The notes under the pieces are model-generated. The model saw only the letters and a program-made list of their open reading frames with translations. It was not told the origin of the DNA and did no database searches. A stretch of DNA of 63,896 bases, filler included, from Corallochytrium limacisporum Hawaii (taxonomy: Eukaryota > Protista > Pluriformea): assembly GCA_002811645.1 (NCBI GenBank). It is 6 parts of 6 records of this genome, joined end to end, with 100 filler letters (N's around TTAATTAATTAA, not from the genome) between each part and the next. Parts side by side here need not be neighbours in the genome. Positions count along the whole stretch, not along the records: positions 22,350 to 45,393 come from PDIP01000058.1; 5 more parts are not named here. One strand, written 5' to 3'. Positions 24,015 to 32,858 of this stretch are shown in pieces (within the stretch, counting starts at the first letter, position 1; each line of letters opens with the position of its first letter). The translations under genes and the position numbers were made by a program.

Positions 24015-26504
24015 AGCGCCGAGTGGTTTTGCAAATGTAGGTAGGTATCCTTCATTACATTCATTCGTTTCATTGTATACAGAAAGCAGTGCCGATTTGG
24101 CTTGCAGGTCCAAAAGCCGTTAAGTTGAGTCATTTGGGTGTGCATCATTCCATCGCACAGCAGTAAACAGATCAGGCCTTTCCTCTTTGAACGAAGACGC
24201 AGCTCAACGTAAGCTCCAGAAACCCTCCGTCACGCAACCATGTACAGCCGGTTCCCAGTAAAGACAAGATAAGCAATCGGCAAGGTGGAAGCTGTGCCCT
24301 CTATGCGCTTTGCACAACCAGGTCTCATCATCATATTGTTTTCGCTTCCTTGGCAGACAGCACAATTTCAGCGGCCCTTGAGATTATTTCAGGGATGATT
24401 TGAATTCCTCATTCACAACAGGGAGGCGTCGGATCCTACTCGCCGCAGAAAGCCACTTCCTATGAAGAGGACAGACTGAACATGGAGAACAGCACCACGG
24501 ATACCAAAACGGCAGTCGTACTTCACTTTGGGACAACACCTCTGCGACTCTTCTCTGACAATTCCCAAGGGCGCTCCTCGGTGTTCTACCAAAATAAATG
24601 TTGATCATCACACTTGGTCACTCTTCCTTAGTTTTCTGTGAGCTGTGACCATGCGAAGCACCATACATGGCAAAATAAGACGCAGAACACAGATGTCAGG
24701 AAACTGACAACTCAGCATTCGACCACTGGGTGCGGTTGGGGAATGAATTGTACTCCTTCCCTGTTGGCTGTCCATCAAATTCCACTCTCAGCTTCAATAT
24801 CTATGGTGTTGGTTTATTGTTGGTGCGAGCAGATTTTGTTTTCGCTCGCTGGGGGCCGGTGATACAATTCATCTATGGCAAGCAGTCGTGGCTACNNNNN
24901 NNNNNNNNNNNNNNNNNNNNNNNNNNNNNNNNNNNNNNNNNNNNNNNNNNNNNNNNNNNNNNNNNNNNNNNNNNNNNNNNNNNNNNNNNNNNNNNNNNNN
25001 NNNNNNNNNNNNNNNNNNNNNNNNNNNNNNNNNNNNNNNNNNNNNNNNNNNNNNNNNNNNNNNNNNNNNNNNNNNNNNNNNNNNNNNNNNNNNNNNNNNN
25101 NNNNNNNNNNNNNNNNNNNNNNNNNNNNNNNNNNNNNNNNNNNNNNNNNNNNNNNNNNNNNNNNNNNNNNNNNNNNNNNNNNNNNNNNNNNNNNNNNNNN
25201 NNNNNNNNNNNNNNNNNNNNNNNNNNNNNNNNNNNNNNNNNNNNNNNNNNNNNNNNNNNNNNNNNNNNNNNNNNNNNNNNNNNNNNNNNNNNNNNNNNNN
25301 NNNNNNNNNNNNNNNNNNNNNNNNNNNNNNNNNNNNNNNNNNNNNNNNNNNGTCGGCATATGCACTTGCGCAGCAGAAAAGCGGGCCGTGCCCCGCGGCC
25401 CGTGGTGAGGAGCACGGCGCACGGGGGAAAACTAAATACGACGATGTACAGTCACACGAGTGTCACATCAGTAAACTTCCTGCAATGTGTAAAGCAAAGA
25501 ATGGCGCCAAAGTAAGCCACGATGGGAAATGAGAAAGAGCCTCTGCTGGTGTACATCCCATTCCCCGCCTCGCATTACAGAGGCCGGGTCTTCTGCGCAT
25601 GCTGTAGTCCAGTGAACGGGGAAAAGTTTATTCTCAGATGCACTCGGTGGCAGATTTGTTTTCTACGATGTACCGGTGCGCATCCAAATCAAGACCCGAT
25701 AAGAAAAGTTTGGAAGAACGGTTGGTTTAGTCAGCGAGTTTGCCAAAGTGTTGGGAGAAGGGCATGTGCCAGGCCGCAGACACTCAAACAAAGCGGAACC
25801 GAACCGATCCGCAGTGGAACAAAGTGCATACCGCAACTCGTCGTGCTCGTTCCTTGTCGACGTCAATTGTGAGTTGTGAACGACACAGCAGGTTTGAAAA
25901 TGTGTGCGGAGAGTGCGCACAGCGCTCCTCACTGGGGACATGGAGCAACCGAAATCGATGAGATGTTCTTCCTTTGCCTAGGCACAGGAGGCAACCCCTA
26001 TTGCACGGTTATGTTCACTCTCTTCGGCCAGAAACGGTGCAGGTTGCGTGTTTTGTGGAATCTGCATTGTGTGGTTTTCAGTGTACGCGTGTGTGTGTAT
26101 GGGCATAGTGAGTCCTACTGGTGTGCGCGCACTTCTTGACCTCACATCGAAAAGCCAGCAGAGAACAGCCCCATGGAAGGGCAGTGCGTGGTGGTGCGGC
26201 AAAGGGGTGCCCGATGATTGGGGTCCGTCGACAGAACAAAAGAGTTTCTGTTCCTTCAATTTGTGTCCGAGAATGTGCTTCAAAGCTTCAAGGTATTTTG
26301 TAGCCTAGCATTGACCCATTACTGATCCGACTTCCCATTGCTGTGGAAACAAGATACGGGCAACTAAAACAAAAGATCTGCTAGTGAAGTTTACGCCCCG
26401 TCCTTGGATCTGCATCAGTTTGCTAAATGAGAAGAATTCTACCAGCATTGTCAACAATGCAAAGCTTCCAGAGCTAGAGAAAGCAACGTAATATCAAAAG
26501 CATC

Positions 26505-29500
26505 ATGTATCGAAACCATTGCCGTGAGCGTCTCGTCGGCTTGATCGCTCTGTTGATGTTCACNNNNNNNNNNNNNNNNNNNNNNNNNNNNNNNNNNNNN
26601 NNNNNNNNNNNNNNNNNNNNNNNNNNNNNNNNNNNNNNNNNNNNNNNNNNNNNNNNNNNNNNNNNNNNNNNNNNNNNNNNNNNNNNNNNNNNNNNNNNNN
26701 NNNNNNNNNNNNNNNNNNNNNNNNNNNNNNNNNNNNNNNNNNNNNNNNNNNNNNNNNNNNNNNNNNNNNNNNNNNNNNNNNNNNNNNNNNNNNNNNNNNN
26801 NNNNNNNNNNNNNNNNNNNNNNNNNNNNNNNNNNNNNNNNNNNNNNNNNNNNNNNNNNNNNNNNNNNNNNNNNNNNNNNNNNNNNNNNNNNNNNNNNNNN
26901 NNNNNNNNNNNNNNNNNNNNNNNNNNNNNNNNNNNNNNNNNNNNNNNNNNNNNNNNNNNNNNNNNNNNNNNNNNNNNNNNNNNNNNNNNNNNNNNNNNNN
27001 NNNNNNNNNNNNNNNNNNNNNNNNNNNNNNNNNNNNNNNNNNNNNNNNNNNNNNNNNNNNNNNNNNNNNNNNNNNNNNNNNNNNNNNNNNNNNNNNNNNN
27101 NNNNNNNNNNNNNNNNNNNNNNNNNNNNNNNNNNNNNNNNNNNNNNNNNNNNNNNNNNNNNNNNNNNNNNNNNNNNNNNNNNNNNNNNNNNNNNNNNNNN
27201 NNNNNNNNNNNNNNNNNNNNNNNNNNNNNNNNNNNNNNNNNNNNNNNNNNNNNNNNNNNNNNNNNNNNNNNNNNNNNNNNNNNNNNNNNNNNNNNNNNNN
27301 NNNNNNNNNNNNNNNNNNNNNNNNNNNNNNNNNNNNNNNNNNNNNNNNNNNNNNNNNNNNNNNNNNNNNNNNNNNNNNNNNNNNNGGCCCTGCAATGGGT
27401 CACGCGCGGGTCGTTTGTGGGAACACGCCAGCTCAACGTGTCGCCACAGGTCGATGATTTCTTCCTCAATGACAACCCTGCGTATGTAGATCATGTCACT
27501 TGGCACCTAGAGTGGCAAAATTCTCACAATTCTGCCTACGGTGATGACATCAGGCTCGACATGGTGTTCAATGGCATGGGCATCACAGATGGTGGTATTG
27601 GCCGGCGCTTTGAGTGGGGTGATGAGTACGATTTGTACGCCAAGGATGTTGATGCATACTCATTGCCTGGTAGTAACAATGATAAGTACACCAGACCTTG
27701 GCCCGAGAACTGGTGGAATAACTCAAGTTTCTGGCAGAGCTGGGTGGACAACTTCCCCCTCGCCCAGGCTGCGCAGTCCAGCAGCTGGAAGGAGGGATTC
27801 AATTGGTTCAGCCATACCATGACCCATGCCAATATGGCGGCACTCAGTGTCTCTGACGCTGAGATAGAGATTCTGTATAACAAACACATTGCTGAGGACG
27901 TACTTGGTCTGCGCGGCTACAGCACCTGGTCCCCCCATTCGGTCCTGTGCGGCCAGTACTCCGGCATGCAGAATGGCGATGTCTTGATGGCAATGGACCG
28001 TCTGGGCGTAAATAATGCGCTCACCGACAACTCTAACTCTAATCACGGCTACACTGCAACAACACGGGCAAACTATGAACCCTGGTTCTCTACTGTTGAG
28101 ACTAATGGGTACGCTGGGCTTACTCTTGTCCCTCGACACGATACCTTTATTTGGTGGGACTCTGCCACGCCTGCTGAAAATGTCGCTGCTTGGAACCAGT
28201 GGGGTTACAACTTTGGTAGTATCGATGACATGGTGTACCATGACCTGGTGAATGTATTAGGACCATTGATTATGTCTCTGCGCCAGGAGCCGTTGATGTA
28301 TCACCAGGCTAATATGAATACCAACAGTATCAATGGTAAGACGGCCAGTCTTGTGTCTTATCACGTTGGTGGGCTAGCAGAGGGCATCCATGAGTATCTG
28401 ACCCTGCCCATCCACTCCTTTAAGCAGGACGATGTGGCTAATATTTTCCGTCGACGGGCTGCTCTCAACAATTGCAAACCTGAAGTGATCTTGCAACGCG
28501 CAGATGATGGCAATGTTATCTACGTCCGCGTCCGCACCAGAGCAACTTGCTACGTTCCTATTGAGGGCATCACCCTACCCGCTGCCGCAGATGACGGATC
28601 AGCGACTGCCGTGCTCACGAACGATGGTGAGCGGGTGTTGATCAGTGCCAGTGCTGGTGTGACCTACACATACGGCGCTATGGACGGTAGTTCCGGTGGT
28701 GGCGGTGACAACGGTGGCGGTGACAACGGTGGCGGTGATAACGGTGGCGATGATGGCGGCGGCTGTTCTTACAACGAATGGACTTTCAGTCACACTGGCG
28801 ACGAGTGTTGGTTCGAGTCAGGACGATATGACTGTGCCGTGTGTATGGAGGGTGGTTGCGGATGCGGCGCAGAAAATCATCAGGTTTGCGTCGAATGTGG
28901 TGATGTTGCTGCCTGCGGTGTTGTCCAAGCGTGTGTCCCTGGCGGAGGTGGCAATGACGGTGACAACGGAGGCGGTGATGGCGGTGATGGCGGTGATGGC
29001 GGTGATGGCGGTGATGGCGGTGATGGCGGTGATGGCGGTGACAACGGAGGCGGTGACGGTGGTGATGGCGGCGACAACGGCGACTGTTCGTACAACAAAT
29101 GGACTCTCAGCCACACTGGCGACGAATGCTGGTTCGAGTCGGGACGGGATGACTGTGCCCTATGCACAAGCGGTGGCTGCGGATGCGGAGCGGAAAACCA
29201 TCAGGTCTGCGTCGAATGTGGTGATGTTGCTGCCTGCGGTGTCGTCCAAGCATGTGTCCCTGGTGGCGGAGGTGACAATGGCGGCGACAATGGCGGCGAC
29301 AATGGAGGTGATAACGGCGGTGACAATGGCGGTGACAATGGAGGTGATAACGGCGGTGACAACGGAGGTGACAACGGAGGTGACAATGGCGGTGACAATG
29401 GCGGTGACAAGGGCGGTGACGGCGGCGACAACGGCGACTGTTCGTACAACGAATGGACTCTCAGCCACACTGGCGACGAATGCTGGTTCGAGTCGGGACG

Positions 29501-29897
29501 GTATGACTGCGCCCTATGCACATACGGAGGCTGCGGATGCGGCGCGGAAAACCATCAGGTCTGCGTCGAATGCGGTGATGTTGCTGCCTGCGGTGTCGTC
29601 CAAGCATGTGTCCCTGGCGGCGGAGGTGACAATGGCGGCGACAATGGCGGCGACAATGATAACGGCGATAATGGCGGTGACAACGGCAGCGACAACGGTG
29701 GCGGTGACAATGGCGACTGTTCGTACAACGAATGGACCCTGAGCCACACCGGCCACGAGTGTTGGTTCGACTCGGACTCAACCGACTGTGCTGTGTGCAA
29801 AGAGGGAGGCTGCCAATGTGGCGATGACAATCGACACACCTGCGTCCTTTGCGGAGATGGCGACGCCTGTGGCACCGTACTAGCCTGTGTACCGTAG
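26505..29897 (+). CDS. agd3: Secreted Agd3/CE18-like polysaccharide de-N-acetylase, copy B (internal gap 26564-27385), with four C-terminal 10-Cys modules
   Basis: Signal-like start MYRNHCRERLVGLIALLMF. After the gap: WVTRGSFVGTRQLNVSPQVDDFFL (Agd3 pattern WxTRG..G.R....Q[IV]DDxFL), FNG.G, FSHTMTH, GMQNGD, PRH, MYHQAN. The DD/HxxxH metal ligands and the catalytic His are all present. Joining across the gap is inferred. Confidence 0.85.
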   Translation: MYRNHCRERLVGLIALLMFXXXXXXXXXXXXXXXXXXXXXXXXXXXXXXXXXXXXXXXXXXXXXXXXXXXXXXXXXXXXXXXXXXXXXXXXXXXXXXXXXXXXXXXXXXXXXXXXXXXXXXXXXXXXXXXXXXXXXXXXXXXXXXXXXXXXXXXXXXXXXXXXXXXXXXXXXXXXXXXXXXXXXXXXXXXXXXXXXXXXXXXXXXXXXXXXXXXXXXXXXXXXXXXXXXXXXXXXXXXXXXXXXXXXXXXXXXXXXXXXXXXXXXXXXXXXXXXXXXXXXXXXXXXXXXXXXXXALQWVTRGSFVGTRQLNVSPQVDDFFLNDNPAYVDHVTWHLEWQNSHNSAYGDDIRLDMVFNGMGITDGGIGRRFEWGDEYDLYAKDVDAYSLPGSNNDKYTRPWPENWWNNSSFWQSWVDNFPLAQAAQSSSWKEGFNWFSHTMTHANMAALSVSDAEIEILYNKHIAEDVLGLRGYSTWSPHSVLCGQYSGMQNGDVLMAMDRLGVNNALTDNSNSNHGYTATTRANYEPWFSTVETNGYAGLTLVPRHDTFIWWDSATPAENVAAWNQWGYNFGSIDDMVYHDLVNVLGPLIMSLRQEPLMYHQANMNTNSINGKTASLVSYHVGGLAEGIHEYLTLPIHSFKQDDVANIFRRRAALNNCKPEVILQRADDGNVIYVRVRTRATCYVPIEGITLPAAADDGSATAVLTNDGERVLISASAGVTYTYGAMDGSSGGGGDNGGGDNGGGDNGGDDGGGCSYNEWTFSHTGDECWFESGRYDCAVCMEGGCGCGAENHQVCVECGDVAACGVVQACVPGGGGNDGDNGGGDGGDGGDGGDGGDGGDGGDGGDNGGGDGGDGGDNGDCSYNKWTLSHTGDECWFESGRDDCALCTSGGCGCGAENHQVCVECGDVAACGVVQACVPGGGGDNGGDNGGDNGGDNGGDNGGDNGGDNGGDNGGDNGGDNGGDNGGDKGGDGGDNGDCSYNEWTLSHTGDECWFESGRYDCALCTYGGCGCGAENHQVCVECGDVAACGVVQACVPGGGGDNGGDNGGDNDNGDNGGDNGSDNGGGDNGDCSYNEWTLSHTGHECWFDSDSTDCAVCKEGGCQCGDDNRHTCVLCGDGDACGTVLACVP
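28690..29894 (+). repeat. Four 10-Cys modules separated by variable (GGD)n 9-nt and (GGDN)n 12-nt minisatellite linkers
   Basis: Modules start at 28764, 29085, 29439 and 29718. ggcggtgat and ggcggtgacaat arrays lie between them. Confidence 0.93.
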
Positions 29898-32750
29898 GAC
29901 TCGGTTTGCTGCGCGAACGCCAGTCCCTTTCCATCGATCTCGAAAAACTGCATACGTCCCTTTCAACAGCAGCAGCCAATAAGGGGACCATTCAAACACA
30001 AAGGAGCCCATCTAACCACCGGCAACACTGATGAAGTCACTTAACGGACAAAGACTCCAAATGGAGTCAACCGCTTAATTGAACGCAATCTTGAAGGTGT
30101 CACTCAGAGTGAAAACGGATGAGGAGGCCAAAGGCACCAAATGCTTCAGAAAGGAAAAGGAATGGAAGAATATGCACACAACCAAAACGGTTTGTGTTCT
30201 TCCCTCAATCGCGCATCGTTCTCTCCCACATCGCCTCTGGGAAAACCCTTCCCCCCCCCCCCCCNNNNNNNNNNNNNNNNNNNNNNNNNNNNNNNNNNNN
30301 NNNNNNNNNNNNNNNNNNNNNNNNNNNNNNNNNNNNNNNNNNNNNNNNNNNNNNNNNNNNNNNNNNNNNNNNNNNNNNNNNNNNNNNNNNNNNNNNNNNN
30401 NNNNNNNNNNNNNNNNNNNNNNNNNNNNNNNNNNNNNNNNNNNNNNNNNNNNNNNNNNNNNNNNNNNNNNNNNNNNNNNNCCCCCCCACCCCCGGGTCCC
30501 CCTTCCGCGAGGGCAGTGGAGCGGCAAAGGCGGGTTTGGGCCTCCAAACGAAAAGGGGCCGCGGGCCCCGTAGCCAACTGGGAAATCTCTCTCTCTCTCT
30601 CGCTCTCTCGCTCTCCCTCTCCCCCCGGGGGGGGGGGAGGTGGGGGGTTCCAGAAAAGAAAGAAAAAGGGTGAAAGATTGGACACATTCCGCTTAAGCAG
30701 GCCCTGGCAAGGGAACAAAATAAAAAATGCAAAAAAAAAGATAAAAAAAAACCGGAAGAGAAAGGGACTCCCCCCGGCCCGCCGGGATAGAGAAAACCAC
30801 AAGGGAACTGCGGGCGAGTGAGAGAGCAGAGAGATTCTTCCAATCAAAGAAAAGCATCAAAATTAAAACAAAACAAAACAAAAAAAAAAGAGAAGAAAAG
30901 AGAAAACACGCAAAATACCCAAAACACCCTGCCTAATTCCTCCGCAACGGCAACTTTCTTTGGTTTGGTTCCCCGGGTACCGAGAAGCCCCGCCGGAGAG
31001 GGGTGGGGGTACCAGGCAGAGAGCGAGCGACAGGGAGAGAGAGAGGGGAGGGGGAGCGGGGGAGGGGGTGGCGGAAGCAGAGAGGGAAGCGGGGCCTGGT
31101 CAAGTTCGGCGGGTTTGACTTTGCAAAAGATTTTCTTCACCCCAAAGGGCAGCTCGGAAGTGGGGGCGCTATTGAAGGCCTGACATGTCTTTTGAGGTGA
31201 TGAACTACCTCGCAGTTGGTACAAAACAGCTGCCGGGAAACTGAAAGATTGGCGTTTGTGTTATTTCAGCAAAGGAAAAGATGTCTCTTTATGTTTAAGC
31301 ATTGATGGGTACTTTTGTGAGTGTGGTTTTGGACTTTGGGCAGCATCAGAACGTTCAACGGGATTCAACATCCAAATGTCGTTTTGATTGATGATGATGG
31401 CAATGAAATTTAGAATGGTTCAAAACGCATCTCTGCGTCACGATATCCAAAAAGAGGACGCCACCCTCGTCATCAAGAGCAGAGGATTAAAGAGCGATAC
31501 GGGGATAGGGAATTCTATGCGCAGGATGATGTGTCAAGGATGTCTTGTAGTGAATGAATATATAACTAACAAACTATCAGGATTATGAACAAGGAACGGA
31601 CAATGGACGTTTTAACTACGGACTGGCGAACAGACTTCCACTGTTTGTGCAAATTTACCATCGCGCGCGGAAAAGTGGCAACATCATCAACTACAGCAAA
31701 AACTGGTTGTCTCCCTGGTGTCCTATCATTCTTATCTCTTCTACGAACGTTAAAAACGGTTCATCAATCTACATCCACCCACGCATACTCATCTCTACAC
31801 ATTTCCGTGTCTCCCGCGCATCTGTCCACTCAATAGGGATTGGTGAGTCAATGTTCAATAGCTTGGTATGTACTTGTCCAGAGAGTTAGGATGTGATTAG
31901 AAAGGGCCTTGTAATACACTACAAACGTTGCTTGCAGTGACTCCATGTAACGCTGGTATCCCATGGCACATGTACAAGCATAGCCCGTCCGTACGCGGAA
32001 AAAGCCGGACACCACGACAACAACCATGCTCAGATAGGTGTTCGCATATCCGGTACGAAATTCACTGCTCACTGTCCTCAAGTTTGTTGGTCATGCGAGC
32101 GGATTTAGACCTCATCGCCTGGCCCGCTTTGAGTCCAATCAACGCAAAGCCTATTCATGAGGATCCTACACATTGTTGCAGCATCACAGCTGGGTTTTTC
32201 GAGGCCGTCCAAGCGCCGGTCAAACCCGACCAGAAGTGCGTCCTCCCGGGTCCCTGACGGGTCAGACTCTCCCCTAGCGAGTTTCCTTTCAATACATTTA
32301 GTATACTAAACCCGGCTTACGGCAGTCCGACCCCCCTCTACCCCTTTCCCCTCCTGTCCCCCCCCTCCTTCCCGCCCCCCTCTTCACTTCCGACTCTCAC
32401 CTAACCCCTAACCCCCCCAACCACGCCCCATTGGCAGTTAATTTGGGTAAGCACCCACCTTCGTCGACGACCTTTTCTGGAGCAGTAGGTAAAACTGCCT
32501 GATCGGGAGGGGGTCTGGCCGCCTTCCGCCCGAACCCTCCCCCCACCCCCCGGGCGGGCGCGAAAAGGGCAGAAAAAGGGGGGAGGGGGAAGGGGAAAGT
32601 GCGCAGCCACCCGCAGTGGGTTGTGAACTTCACGTCCGTACTACCACTTCGTTCCGGATAGTCGAGGGACAATTAAGCAAACCGCGTCGTTTGAACCAAT
32701 GAAGCAGCCACAGGACTTCAAAATTCTTTTCACTGCAATGGATGATCACA

Positions 32751-32758
32751 TATTTAAA
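32751..32758 (+). promoter_or_regulatory. TATA-like element upstream of the 32859 gene
   Basis: TATTTAAA about 100 nt before the ATG. TATTTAA also lies upstream of 40808 (at 40675) and 59041 (at 58934). Confidence 0.4.
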
Positions 32759-32858
32759 GGATTCGGGTATTTCGCATTGGCCATGAAAAGCATCCGGTAG
32801 ACCGCTGTTTGGGTTCGAAGAAGAAGATAATCACAAATACATACACACATTTACCGTC

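Noticed and set aside
23202-29991. Long alternative-frame and antisense ORFs rich in V/A/T/M or SPP (extensin-like)
   Set aside because: By-products of the GGD/GGDN codon repeats in the Agd3 genes.
32398-32420. cctaacccctaacccc telomere-like motif
   Set aside because: Only two imperfect units inside a C-rich tract.
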